A DNA stretch of 64,000 bases from an uncultured bacterium (GCA_963726455.1 CAVSCK010000004.1:1280001-1344000), one strand, 5' to 3'. Positions 44,801 through 54,598 are shown, counted from the stretch's first letter. Made by a program: numbers and translations. The notes: a model not told the origin generated them from the sequence alone.

Positions 44801-44971
44801 ATCAGCGTTGGCGCCCGTGTAGCTTGTGCTCACCGTGACAATCGGCGGATCGACGTTCGGATATTCCCGTACGCCCAGGAAGAAGTATCCGATGCCGCCA
44901 AAGATGACGATCAAAATCGAAAGTACGATAGAGAGTACGGGCCGGCTAATACAAACGTGGGAGATGTTCAT
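41885..44971 (-). CDS. RND efflux permease (AcrB family)
   Basis: SRPV, REYPNVDPP, GIVVDDAIVVLEN, KNGILIVEFAN, RFRPIVMT. Confidence 0.95.
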   Translation of the reverse strand: MNISHVCISRPVLSIVLSILIVIFGGIGYFFLGVREYPNVDPPIVTVSTSYTGANADVIESQVTEVLEESINGIAGIRSLTSSSSDGRSRITVEFELGVDMEAAANDVRDKVSRASHDLPPDVDPPTISKADADANPIISLTLQSDKRNLLELSALANDIFKERLQTLPGVSEIGIWGEKRYAMKLLIDPARLAAQGLTPLDVKNALDRENVELPSGRIEGYNTELPIRTFGRLTTPEEFNELIIKSENGSVVKFRDVGQAVLMAENERSIMLGNGGIPMVSVNMVPQSGANQIAIADAFYKRLAQIKKDLPEDVKVTVAMDTTTNIRKAISEVVETILIAFLLVLLVIFVFLRHWRTTIIPMLAIPISLVGSFFIMYIAGFSINILTLLAIVLSTGIVVDDAIVVLENIYKKIEAGMKPIDAGFKGSKEIYFAIISTTITLASVFLPIMFLQGITGRLFREFGVVVAGSVLISAFVSLTLTPMMSARILHKTEHESKFFELSERWFNRLHSSYHRSLRTFVNRRYLALVVMAVSVAIIFGLGALLRSELAPMEDKSRLMVNSTAPEGTSYEAMYSYMGKILATVDTLPEKDVILSVTGGGMGGGSNSGFVRIGLVSPDKRERTQQEIADAVSRQLRDYTFARTYVTQEQTIGGGRGRGLPVQYVIQAPTLEKLKAVLPAFMEKAQSDSVFQVVDLDLKFNKPELTVEIDRDRARAMGVTVRDIAQTLQLYFSGQRYGTFVLNGQQYQVIAQANRQNRDEPLDLSSIYVRNSRNELIQLDNIVKMSYRSNPPQLYRFNRFVSATVSASLSKGFTLGDGIKEMDKIAAGTLDETFSTSLAGTAKEYAESSNTLIFAFLLALVLVYLILSAQFESFRDPLTIMFTVPLALAGAVLSLWLFGQTLNIFSQIGIIALVGIVTKNGILIVEFANQRQAQGLSIKEAVIDAAAQRFRPIVMTSLATVFGVLPIALALGAAAKSRVSMGIVIIGGLLFSLGLTLFVIPALYTYLSTKKTSIEPATVSEAAAAEKV

Positions 44972-44985
44972 TTACTATAACGGCG

Positions 44986-46104
44986 TCAGTTACTCTGAAG
45001 AGATTTAACGGTAACGCCCTTGCCATCGGCAAGCTGCAGCAGGCCGGTGATGATGAGCGTATCGTTGGTTGACAACCCCGCCGTTACTTGTATGCCCCTG
45101 TCTGTTCTGATTCCAGTTTTGACCGGCACGGACTTCGCCTTGCCATTAACACAGAGGAAGACTTTTTCCGCATTCAGTTCAGGAATTACGGCGCCGGACG
45201 GTATCACGATCGCATTCTCAAGTTCTTCCAGTTTGATTTCTACTCTGGCAAAAGAACCCGGAATCAGAGTCCCCGTGGAATTGGGAATTCTGCCGCGGGC
45301 CTTGATCGTGCGAGTGTTGAGATCAATCTTGGTCTCGACTGCATAAATCGTTCCCGGAATAGAATCCTGCTGCTCGCCCGCCAACAGCACGAGGTTCATG
45401 CCGTTTTTCAAGCGCGTGGCGTACTTCTCCGGCACGGAGAACTCAACCTTGATCGGATCCAGTTCCTGCATGGTCGCCACCAACATGCTCGGTGATACGT
45501 AACCGCCGGGACTGACATAACGGAGGCCGACCACGCCGTTGAACGGCGCGCGAATTTCCGTCTTGCCGATTTGCGTTTCGATAAGTTCTTTCTCCGCCTG
45601 CAACAGATTCAAGGCGTTCAGCGCTTTGTCGTATTCTTCCTGACTGATGGCCTTGATGTCGAAAAGACTTTTCTCCCGTTGTTCTTCGGCGGCGGCAAGT
45701 TTCTCTTCAAGTTCCTTGCGTTTGTGTTGCGCCTGCAACTCGCTGTCGTCAATCTTAAGCATCAACGCGCCTTTGGTAATTCGACTCCCTTCCTGGAAAT
45801 AGACTCCAACGACGCGTCCCGAAGTTTCCGGCCGCAACTCAACTTCCTCGTTGGCAAGCAGAGTGCCGGTAGCGGTGATCTTATTCTCTAACGGTCGCGC
45901 TTGGACCAAAACTGCGTCAACTGACAGCGCCGCGCTACGGGCGCTAGAGCCACTGCGATCTACTTGTTTGCCGTTTCCCTGGCCACAGCCAAGTATCAGA
46001 ATACTCGACATTACGACACAGAAGAATATGGCAGCTATATGTTTAGCGGGATGATTTTCCATTGTAGTTTTTTTGTTCGACTCCACAGCGCGGTTTCTGT
46101 TCAC
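44986..46104 (-). CDS. RND membrane fusion protein (start may be ATG 46062)
   Basis: Lipobox ILGC; ETSGRV, IRAPFNGVVG, LIPGSFA. Confidence 0.92.
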   Translation of the reverse strand: MNRNRAVESNKKTTMENHPAKHIAAIFFCVVMSSILILGCGQGNGKQVDRSGSSARSAALSVDAVLVQARPLENKITATGTLLANEEVELRPETSGRVVGVYFQEGSRITKGALMLKIDDSELQAQHKRKELEEKLAAAEEQREKSLFDIKAISQEEYDKALNALNLLQAEKELIETQIGKTEIRAPFNGVVGLRYVSPGGYVSPSMLVATMQELDPIKVEFSVPEKYATRLKNGMNLVLLAGEQQDSIPGTIYAVETKIDLNTRTIKARGRIPNSTGTLIPGSFARVEIKLEELENAIVIPSGAVIPELNAEKVFLCVNGKAKSVPVKTGIRTDRGIQVTAGLSTNDTLIITGLLQLADGKGVTVKSLQSN

Positions 46105-46425
46105 TCGTAATATGTGACACTAGTTCAAGATACAAACTTGCGCCCGTGAATCCAAACTTCTTTTGTGCAGTAACAAATGCGGGAAGCTCGGCCGGGACAC
46201 GTCAAACACTTTCTGCGTCTTCAGCCCGAATTGGTATCCGACAGTGCCGCCTTATCACGACATGATACCCATTATCATGCAATAGTTTACCATGGCGGCG
46301 TTAGGCGTGACAGATGAACCCTCTCGTTTCTCCGCTTGGGGGTCGCAGTGAGAAGATGCATTCGCCGCGAAATTTCGGGTAAATAGCAGTACCTTACTTG
46401 TATTAGGCCACACAAATAACTAGTC

Positions 46426-47262
46426 TTGGCGACGCGAATGAACGTTTTGGGTCTGGTTAGAAAATACGGATCACCGCCGTACCGCGCTGCAGCACTACAT
46501 GGCGGACCCGGTGCTCCCGGATACATGGCGCCGGTCGCACGCGAGCTGGCAAAGTCGATGGGTGTTCTTGAGCCGTTACAGTCGAAGGATTCCCTGGCAG
46601 GCCAGATCGACGAACTGATTCAGCAGTTGGCGCTGAACACAAGCCGGCCATTGACGCTCATCGGCTCCTCCTGGGGAGCGGTGCTCGCCCTCTTTGTCGC
46701 CGCTCGAAGAGAAGACCTGATTAACAAACTAATCCTAATCGGTAGTGCGGTGTTCGACGCTGAAACTTCGCAGAGCACTAAAGACCGCCGTCGCGAACGG
46801 CTGACCGTGCAACAGCGACAAAGACATGATGAACTTCTGGGAGAAATGGTTCACTCCGAGGGCGAAACCAAGGATCGGCTGTTTGCGGAATGGGCAAATC
46901 TATTCTTCAATACGGACGTTTACGATCCGCTGACGCGCGACTTGGAGACTATCGAGGCACAACCCGAAGTGAACGACAAGGTTTGGTCGGATTTCAAAGT
47001 TCTCAGAGACACACCCGGGTTTCTGGAAAGCGAGTTTGCCAAGATCAGAATGCCGGTCGTGGTTATTCACGGCGAATATGACCCGCACCCCATCGAGGGA
47101 ATCCGCCCGTTCCTGCGGTCGGTGTTGCTGGATGTCAAGTTTCACATCTTAAGCAACTGCGGACACTATCCCTGGATAGAACGCCGCGCCAGAGACCAAT
47201 TTTTCCAATTGCTCCTTGGCGAGATCCCCCCTTATTTCCCACCCCCAGCAGCCCGAACCTAG
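46426..47262 (+). CDS. Alpha/beta-fold hydrolase
   Basis: LHGGPG, nucleophile GSSWG, HGEYD, CGHYP. Confidence 0.88.
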   Translation: MATRMNVLGLVRKYGSPPYRAAALHGGPGAPGYMAPVARELAKSMGVLEPLQSKDSLAGQIDELIQQLALNTSRPLTLIGSSWGAVLALFVAARREDLINKLILIGSAVFDAETSQSTKDRRRERLTVQQRQRHDELLGEMVHSEGETKDRLFAEWANLFFNTDVYDPLTRDLETIEAQPEVNDKVWSDFKVLRDTPGFLESEFAKIRMPVVVIHGEYDPHPIEGIRPFLRSVLLDVKFHILSNCGHYPWIERRARDQFFQLLLGEIPPYFPPPAART

Positions 47263-47272
47263 CCCGATTGCA

Positions 47273-50200
47273 TCAGAATCCCGGCGAAATATTGAATTGC
47301 CAGAAAGCGCCCTTCATAGGCCGGTCGATCGGTTTGACGTAATCGACCTCCAAGACCAGATAACCCGCCAGATTAAGCCGGGCCAATGCGCCGTAACTGC
47401 GAACAGGATCGCGAGTGCCGTGCGCGAGGAACGACGGCTGTATTGCACTGCTCCACGCCACGCCCGCGTCATAGAACACACCCGTTTCCAGCGGCAGGAA
47501 GCCATAGAAGCCCTTGCCAATACCTAGAACTCCCAGGAGTGGAAATCGCAATTCGAAATTGGCGACCGCCATCTTGCTGCCGAAAAGCCGGTTGAAGTTC
47601 TCGCAAGCGGTGTCTCCGTTGCACTCGGAGGCGCTGAATGAACCTGCGTCGTAACCTCTGACCAAATCCTGATAACCGATGAACAGTGGCGTCAGGCGGC
47701 CATCCTCGGCGCCGCCTCCGTATCGTCCGTAGTGCATCAGCCGAACCGCAAACGTGAAATGCCTGATCGGCATGAAGTAACGGCGGTAATCGGCAAGCAC
47801 CGTGAAGAAGTCAATTGTGCCGGCATACGGTGACACCTCCAACCTGTACCTTTGTCCCAGCACCGGGCTCGTAGCGCCATAGATGGCATTATCGAAAACA
47901 AACGCGGCCTGCGCCGTGGCCAGGTTGATCGCGCCGGGAGTGGGCAAGGTGATCGTCTGGTCGGAAATGAGCGTATCATTGTTCGCATCGAAGACTTGTG
48001 TTTGCACTTTCTGAGAAAAGCTCACGTGAGTGAACCCGGCGGAGAACTCCATTCGTTTGGTGCGATCGAAAGGGTACGCAGCCAGTCCGGCCACCTCACG
48101 ATTCATCTGTCGATATGTAAACAGTTGTTGCGCGATTGCCGGCGTGGAGCCGACCATCCCATAGCCGGTTCCGTACTGTATCAGTGTGTAAGGAACCTGC
48201 TGCACTATCCCGCCCCAATTCCAGCGATGTTTGTTGTTTTGATAACCGACCAGCCCCCCGAAGTCTGTATAGCCACCATCAGTCTGTAATTGGATTGCCG
48301 TCACCAAATCGCGATCGCCGAGCATGTCACTCCAAAACAGCGCCACTCCTCCTCCCAGTTGAGCACCCAATTGGTCGAATCCGGCTGCCACATACGGCTG
48401 GCCGACGAAGTCGATCGACAATCCGGGGTGATAGTCCTTCACCGAATATTTCTCGACCGGCGGGAGGCCAAAGCTGGCGCTGTCAAGTAGTGCCACTAAT
48501 TGTCCGCCGTTCTGATCCGGCGGAGGCAACATTGCAGGATTTGCCGGCAGCGAGTCCTTGGCCATCTGCGCCTGAATCTCTGAGACCGGGACGCCGGAAA
48601 GTGTGTCGGGAGAATCGATCGTGTAAATGTTGTACTTGCTGTCTTCGTAGGCGCTGAAGACCATTCGGTTGGCTTTGGCTGCGACCGACATTCCGGGGCT
48701 TATTCCCGTGATGCCGCTAACACCGGCATACAGATTCGTCACCTGGAAAACTTTGTCATCCTTCAGTCCAAAGCGATAGATATTCGATATTCCGTCCTCG
48801 TCCGACAGATAGTAAATGCTCGCGCCATCCGCTGACCACTGCGGATTGATTTGCTTGCCTTTCCCCGGTATGTTGAGCGACGTGATCTTTCCCGAAATCG
48901 GGTCCATCGTAGCTATTTGGTACTTGCCGAATTTGAGCAACGTCAAATCAGTGGAGTAGCGATCGGTAACGAAGGCAATCTGTTTGCCGTCAGGCGACCA
49001 GGACGGCTGCAAGTCGGCGTAGGCGTCCTCGGTGAGACGGCGCAGACTGTCACTTTGGAGATCATACAAGAACATGTCGGAATAGCCGCCGACCAGCGCC
49101 GAGAATGCGATGTATCGTCCGTCGGGTGACCAGGCGGGGTTATAGACTTCGTCCAGTTGCTTCAGGTCGATTTCGCGAACGACCTTGTCCTTGCCAATAT
49201 CCAGAATCGAAAGCGCCGGCTTATCTTTGACGACCGCCGAAAACACAATCTGCTTGCCGTCCGGGCTCCACGCGCCGGCAGAATAGATGAATTCGAGACT
49301 CGAAAAATGCGGATCAAGTTCGGTTCGCACGATATTCTTCTTTATCTTGCCCGTCTGGGCATCGGCCAGGAACAGGTCGATGGCAAACTGGCTCTTCTCG
49401 GAAAAGAAAATCAAGTCCTTTCCGTCCGGACTCAATACCGGCCCGACGTTGAGTTCGCCACCTCCACGTTTCTCACTGATAATCTGCGGGCCGTAGTCGC
49501 CCGGTGACTTTGTAACTTTGAGATACGGATCGTAAGTCTGATGCATTGAGGCATGCCACTGCTCGGCGAGTGCCTTCGGATCAATTTTGAGTACCTGCTT
49601 GATCGCCAGATCTAGGTTTCCGGTTCGCCCCGCCGTAGTCAGCAAGTCCCCTATCACTTCGTCTCCCCAGTGCCCGGCAATGTACGCCAGCAGCGCCTGT
49701 CCCCAGCGGTATGGAAACAGTTGGGGGTTATCCAGGTCGCCCACCGAAGGAAGTTTCTTCATTGACTTCGTGGCATCCCGCATCCACATCGCAGTATTGG
49801 GATCTACCGGCCCCAGCGACATATACTCCGCCATTCCTTCGATGAACCAGAGCGGCAATCTCTCCACAACCGGACCTTCTATCGAGGATCGTCCGCCTCG
49901 CTGGCCGGTGATACTGTACTGAAACGCGTGCACCAACTCATGCCCGATAACGTGATCGGTTTCGGCAAGCGGTCCGGCAAACGGCAGGACAATTCGTCGC
50001 TTCATCGCCTCCGTAACACCGCCCGTTCCTTCGCCCAACTGGCCGGAAATCACATTCGTTTCGCCGAATTGTGGACCGCTGGCATACAGAATCAGCGGCT
50101 GCCGGCCGATCAAATCGCGGCCAAACATCTTTTGGTGCCGGGCGTACCAGCGCTCCGCCATCCGCGCGGCATCGTTGACTGCGATTTCTTCCTGCGGGTA

Positions 50201-50368
50201 ATAATAAATGTCGAAGTGTTCGGTCTTCAGGATTTTGAAGTCGAAACTGCGGTAAACAACTTTGTTCTGACCGAAGTATTGCGCAGTCGCCTGCTGAGTT
50301 ATCGGTCCCGAGCAAACTACAAAGGTGATGACAAGGGCCAATCTGACATAACGGTTCCAGATCGACAT
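47273..50368 (-). CDS. Omp85/BamA-TamA-superfamily protein with N-terminal zinc-metallopeptidase and PD40/TolB propeller domains
   Basis: Signal peptide; HELVH...WFIEGMAE; repeated P.WSPDG; barrel motifs VRGY, NFELRFP, FYDAG; terminal Phe. Confidence 0.85.
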   Translation of the reverse strand: MSIWNRYVRLALVITFVVCSGPITQQATAQYFGQNKVVYRSFDFKILKTEHFDIYYYPQEEIAVNDAARMAERWYARHQKMFGRDLIGRQPLILYASGPQFGETNVISGQLGEGTGGVTEAMKRRIVLPFAGPLAETDHVIGHELVHAFQYSITGQRGGRSSIEGPVVERLPLWFIEGMAEYMSLGPVDPNTAMWMRDATKSMKKLPSVGDLDNPQLFPYRWGQALLAYIAGHWGDEVIGDLLTTAGRTGNLDLAIKQVLKIDPKALAEQWHASMHQTYDPYLKVTKSPGDYGPQIISEKRGGGELNVGPVLSPDGKDLIFFSEKSQFAIDLFLADAQTGKIKKNIVRTELDPHFSSLEFIYSAGAWSPDGKQIVFSAVVKDKPALSILDIGKDKVVREIDLKQLDEVYNPAWSPDGRYIAFSALVGGYSDMFLYDLQSDSLRRLTEDAYADLQPSWSPDGKQIAFVTDRYSTDLTLLKFGKYQIATMDPISGKITSLNIPGKGKQINPQWSADGASIYYLSDEDGISNIYRFGLKDDKVFQVTNLYAGVSGITGISPGMSVAAKANRMVFSAYEDSKYNIYTIDSPDTLSGVPVSEIQAQMAKDSLPANPAMLPPPDQNGGQLVALLDSASFGLPPVEKYSVKDYHPGLSIDFVGQPYVAAGFDQLGAQLGGGVALFWSDMLGDRDLVTAIQLQTDGGYTDFGGLVGYQNNKHRWNWGGIVQQVPYTLIQYGTGYGMVGSTPAIAQQLFTYRQMNREVAGLAAYPFDRTKRMEFSAGFTHVSFSQKVQTQVFDANNDTLISDQTITLPTPGAINLATAQAAFVFDNAIYGATSPVLGQRYRLEVSPYAGTIDFFTVLADYRRYFMPIRHFTFAVRLMHYGRYGGGAEDGRLTPLFIGYQDLVRGYDAGSFSASECNGDTACENFNRLFGSKMAVANFELRFPLLGVLGIGKGFYGFLPLETGVFYDAGVAWSSAIQPSFLAHGTRDPVRSYGALARLNLAGYLVLEVDYVKPIDRPMKGAFWQFNISPGF

Positions 50369-50768
50369 ACAACCCTCCTAGCTTTCTCTAACACGGAAAT
50401 CAAAGCTTGTCGGCGTACTTGTCTGGCAAGCCGGCCGGAACTCACTCTTGGTCTTGGCGATACCGGGCAACATCCCGCCCGGTAATACCCCATTCAGGCA
50501 GCTATTTACCAAATCCATTCCGGCTACACAAACACATAATGGTTACGGGATGGCCAGATCGTTTGCTTGCACCGCGGCAAATAAAGTGGTCAGATCCCAC
50601 TTCAATCAACTTCTTCAGTTGATAACGTTTAGACCTGCCCCAAGTTCCTGTCTGACGCCCACCCGCCGGAACAATTCTCAGCTTATTGGAACTAATCAGC
50701 GATCATTCTTGTTCAGTTCTTATGACCGGTTCCGTGGTGGGGGTTGTTCGGTGTTGCGGAGTTGCCAC

Positions 50769-51746
50769 ATGGGCTACAAAAAGATTTCTGCCTGGGTTTT
50801 AGTAATAATCGGTGCGGTTGCGTTGCTACATGCGTTCAATCTTAGAACGTCGGCTGCGCAGCATGCGCAGGACCGCAATTCAGCAGGGAAAGCAATGAAC
50901 TATCATAAACTAACGCCGGAGGAGGAACGCGTCATCGTTGGCAAAGAGACCGAGCCGCCGTTTTCCGGGGAATATTATCTGAACAAAGAAGCGGGCACCT
51001 ATACCTGCAAGCGTTGCGGTGCTCCGCTTTATCGCTCAACAGACAAATTCGACGCCGGCTGTGGCTGGCCCAGCTTTGATGATGCTATCCCCGGCGCCGT
51101 GAAGATGACGACCGATCCGGACGGCATGCGAGCCGAGATATCCTGCGCCAACTGTGGAGCACACCTCGGGCATGTTTTCGAGGGCGAGCAATTTACCCCT
51201 AAGAACATTCGCTATTGCGTGAATTCCATTTCGATGAATTTCGTACCTGCAAGTCAGCAAGTGGCAACCCAAAAGGCCTACTTTGCGGGCGGCTGTTTTT
51301 GGGGAACCGAGTATCTGCTCGAGAAAGCGGATGGAGTTGTATCCGCTCGCGTCGGTTACATGGGTGGTCACACCGAGAATCCCACTTACGAAGAGGTATG
51401 CACGGGCCGCACCGGGCACGCCGAGACAACGGAACTGGTATTCGACCCCGCCAAGACCACTTATGAGAAACTGGCTCGTCTGTTCTTCGAGATACACGAT
51501 CCGACGCAAATGGATCGTCAGGGTCCGGATATCGGCAAGCAGTACCGATCTGCAATCTTCTATGTCGATGATAACCAGCGTCAGGTAGCCGAGAAACTAA
51601 TCGGCATACTCAAGGCCAAAGGATACAACGTCGTCACCGAAGTTAGGCAAGCCGACGCATTCTGGCCTGCAGAAGACTACCATCAGGAATACTACGACAA
51701 TAACGGCCATCAGCCCTACTGCCACGTATACACGAAGCGCTTCTAG
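50769..51746 (+). CDS. msrAB: Bifunctional methionine sulfoxide reductase MsrB-MsrA with N-terminal export signal or anchor
   Basis: MsrB CKRC/CANC, GCGWPSF, HLGHVF, RYCVNS; MsrA GGCFWG, AEDYHQEY; SD GGAG before ATG 50769. Confidence 0.92.
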   Translation: MGYKKISAWVLVIIGAVALLHAFNLRTSAAQHAQDRNSAGKAMNYHKLTPEEERVIVGKETEPPFSGEYYLNKEAGTYTCKRCGAPLYRSTDKFDAGCGWPSFDDAIPGAVKMTTDPDGMRAEISCANCGAHLGHVFEGEQFTPKNIRYCVNSISMNFVPASQQVATQKAYFAGGCFWGTEYLLEKADGVVSARVGYMGGHTENPTYEEVCTGRTGHAETTELVFDPAKTTYEKLARLFFEIHDPTQMDRQGPDIGKQYRSAIFYVDDNQRQVAEKLIGILKAKGYNVVTEVRQADAFWPAEDYHQEYYDNNGHQPYCHVYTKRF

Positions 51747-51822
51747 CCCAGTTCAGCAAGACCGAAGTCAACCGGGGCTGCGGCACGACTTAGCTTTCTC
51801 ATAATTCATGAAGACTCTCCTG

Positions 51823-53259
51823 CTAACCGACGCTGTCGTAGTCACTCGGCTTGATATTCTGGTTGTGATGGAACAGATTGGTCGGATCATACTTGTCCTT
51901 CAGTTCCACCAGTCGACTGTAATTCGCTCCGTAAGTGGCGACCACTCGTTCATCCCCTTCCTCCATGAGGAAGTTGACATAGGCGCCGCCGGCCGAATGT
52001 GGCCTCAACGCATTCCAGTATTCGCGCACCCAGGCCATATTCTTCTGCGTATCTTCCGGATTCGTGTACATTGCCGGAATCACATGTACAAAGTTGGCCT
52101 TTCTGAATGCGTAGGCCGTCTCGCCGCTGCCCAACTTTTGAGGAGCACCGTTGACCGGGTAGATGTGCATCGTTGATTGCACGGTCGGCACCTTGGGACC
52201 ATAGCGCACGTGGATGTCGATCATGGCATCGGTGATTTCGTTGACGTAGTCCGCTTTCCAGTAATGCTGCAACCCCGGAGGCAGCAGCGGATCGAACAGA
52301 CTTTGCAGCGCCGGAAATGGAAGCGGCCCCACCAGATCCAGGGCCGGTGGACTGAAGCTGCGAATCGGAGCAATAACTTTCTCCCCTTGGTCGACTGGCC
52401 CGCAATAGCACAGAACCAGCGCGCACATGGTCACGCCCTGCAATTGCTTGGGGATAAACGGCGCTTCGGGCCCGATTTGAAAGGCAAAGAAGGCATTAAG
52501 CTCCGGCGGCGCAGTTTTAATGAAGTCGCGGAAGAACCTCAACACATCGCCCGTCTTTTCAATCGGATAAAAGATCGGCCCACCGAGCACTGTCTTTACC
52601 GGATGGGCCTTAAACTGAAATGACGTCACGACGCCGAAGTTGCCTCCTCCCCCTCGCAGTCCCCAGTACAAATCTTCATTTTCGTGGGCGTTGCAGGTCA
52701 GGATGCGACCATCGGCGGTTACGACATCCGCGGACAGTATGTTGTCGCAGGTCAAGCCATACTTGCGCGTGAGATGGCCGATTCCGCCACCGAGAGATAA
52801 CCCACCGACGCCGGTAGTCGAGATAATGCCGCCGGGCACGGCGAGCCCGTACGGGTGAGTCGCGTGGTCTACGTCCCCAAAAGTGCAGCCGCCTTGTGCC
52901 CACACCGTCTGCGTGGCGGGATCGACACGGGTGCCTTTCATCAGCGAGAGGTCAATGACCAGGCCGTCGTCGCAGACGCTGAAACCGGCAACGTTATGCC
53001 CGCCACCTCTGACTGCCAATTCCAGGTCGTGCTCTTTGGCGAACAAGACACAGGTGACGACATCCGCAGTATCGACACAGCGCGCGATGATGCGTGGCCG
53101 CTTATCGATCATGCCGTTGTAAACCTTGCGCGCTTCGTCATAAGCGGCATCGGAAGGTTCAATCACTTCACCCCTGATGGTTGATCTGAAGGATCGAATC
53201 GTGACAGCGTCCAACTCGGACACTCGATTCTGTACCTTAGTGTGGTGTTGTACCGCCAT
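51823..53259 (-). CDS. FAD-binding oxidoreductase (FAD_binding_4 + BBE domain)
   Basis: VRGGGHNVAG, LRGGGGNFGVVT, YVNF, KYDPTNLF. Confidence 0.92.
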   Translation of the reverse strand: MAVQHHTKVQNRVSELDAVTIRSFRSTIRGEVIEPSDAAYDEARKVYNGMIDKRPRIIARCVDTADVVTCVLFAKEHDLELAVRGGGHNVAGFSVCDDGLVIDLSLMKGTRVDPATQTVWAQGGCTFGDVDHATHPYGLAVPGGIISTTGVGGLSLGGGIGHLTRKYGLTCDNILSADVVTADGRILTCNAHENEDLYWGLRGGGGNFGVVTSFQFKAHPVKTVLGGPIFYPIEKTGDVLRFFRDFIKTAPPELNAFFAFQIGPEAPFIPKQLQGVTMCALVLCYCGPVDQGEKVIAPIRSFSPPALDLVGPLPFPALQSLFDPLLPPGLQHYWKADYVNEITDAMIDIHVRYGPKVPTVQSTMHIYPVNGAPQKLGSGETAYAFRKANFVHVIPAMYTNPEDTQKNMAWVREYWNALRPHSAGGAYVNFLMEEGDERVVATYGANYSRLVELKDKYDPTNLFHHNQNIKPSDYDSVG

Positions 53260-53517
53260 GTCCCTTCTCCTCTAAGAAGTTTATGTGAATCTAATCGGAA
53301 GTCGCCCCAGTGCGTCTTCTGACGTCCTTATACATTGTGATATACGACAAAACCAGCCGCGTATTGGTGGCTTCCCCTCATCTATCGGAGAAACTTGATT
53401 CCGCTTCTGAATTCCTATCCCGGTCTGTGGCGAAATGCAGCGCTTGGTTTTTCAAACTTGACCCGCCCCCTCAATCGTCTATATTCAGGCCACATTCATA
53501 AGACGAGGAGGGACAAA

Positions 53518-54018
53518 ATGAGGCACACGCGTACACTTTCGATGTCGGTCATTCTGCTGCTTGTCGGAACGGTTACATTCGCCCAGGAAAAACCCTGGTT
53601 TGACTCAGTGAATTGCGCCTTCTGCAAGCTGTTTGCCGCTCAGCCGGGCTTGCTGGACCACATGACCACCGAATATCACAACATCTCGGACGGACTGGTT
53701 TCCGTCACTCATATCGATAAGGGCTACGAGGATGGCTTCAAGAAGGCACAGGCAGGGATCGGCAACGTCCTTAGGGAAATGCAAACCACCGGCAAGATGC
53801 CTTATAGCTGCCCTCACTGCACCATGATCGGCGAATTCCAGATGTCGGGGGTCAGGATGGAGGCAGTCAACAGCGACTATGGCATCATCAACCTTTATAC
53901 CTCGTCGGATACCGCGATGGTAGCCAAGATACAGGATTTCGGAAAACGATCAGCAGAGGCGCAGGCCAAGGCCAAAGAATCCAAGAAAGCGCCGGTTCAG
54001 GATCCCAAGAACGAGTAG
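53518..54018 (+). CDS. Secreted hypothetical protein with two CxxC motifs
   Basis: SD GAGGAGG; signal peptide ending TFAQ; CAFC and CPHC; TTGACC-N16-TATATT promoter at 53458-53485. Confidence 0.75.
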   Translation: MRHTRTLSMSVILLLVGTVTFAQEKPWFDSVNCAFCKLFAAQPGLLDHMTTEYHNISDGLVSVTHIDKGYEDGFKKAQAGIGNVLREMQTTGKMPYSCPHCTMIGEFQMSGVRMEAVNSDYGIINLYTSSDTAMVAKIQDFGKRSAEAQAKAKESKKAPVQDPKNE

Positions 54019-54060
54019 GGCGGATTCCCATAGACAGGTATTCATGAGTTCGGTCCGGAT

Positions 54061-54474
54061 ATGAGACTAAGATACTTCTGGAAATTCGAGCACCGCAAGC
54101 AGCCGTTGCTGCCGAGGCGCGTATTCGTCCGTCGGCTGTTCTATGCCGCCGCTCTGAGCGCCGTACTGCTTGCAATCTGGACGGTGGTCGGCATGGTTGG
54201 GTACCACGTCCTCGGGGATCTCGGCTGGGTCGATTCCTTCCTGAATTCCGCGATGATAGTCGGCGGGATGGGGCCAGTCGATGTCCTCAAGACCGATAAC
54301 GCCAAGGTCTTCGCCGGGCTCTACGCCATCCTTTCGGGCGTCATATTCCTCAGCGTGTTCGGCCTGCTATTCGTTCCGGTGTTTCACCGTTTCTTACACC
54401 GCTTCCATCTCGATGCCGACGAACAGGCGCTCGCCGAACGGCCGGAATCAGGACCCAAAACGCCGGTCGAATAA
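54061..54474 (+). CDS. Small 2-TM potassium-channel-pore-like membrane protein
   Basis: TM1-W.DSF pore helix-GGMGP-TM2 layout resembling Ion_trans_2. Confidence 0.65.
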   Translation: MRLRYFWKFEHRKQPLLPRRVFVRRLFYAAALSAVLLAIWTVVGMVGYHVLGDLGWVDSFLNSAMIVGGMGPVDVLKTDNAKVFAGLYAILSGVIFLSVFGLLFVPVFHRFLHRFHLDADEQALAERPESGPKTPVE

Positions 54475-54598
54475 GCACTTTGGATCGGAGACGATTTCTC
54501 TGAGGTTATGAATCACATTTAGAGGTCGCGGCCGCAACTGTCCGTGATCGATTCCGTATCAGTAGGTAACTGCGTTATGGAGCGAGTAGGTAGACGTT

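Noticed and set aside
50448-50768. Long N-terminal extension of the msr ORF in the ORF track
   Set aside because: Composition is not protein-like; an SD-supported ATG lies at 50769
54524-54551. ECF-like promoter GCAAC-N16-CGTATC, with a similar sequence upstream of the BON gene
   Set aside because: Spacers disagree (16 versus 19 bp); too weak to claim a shared regulon
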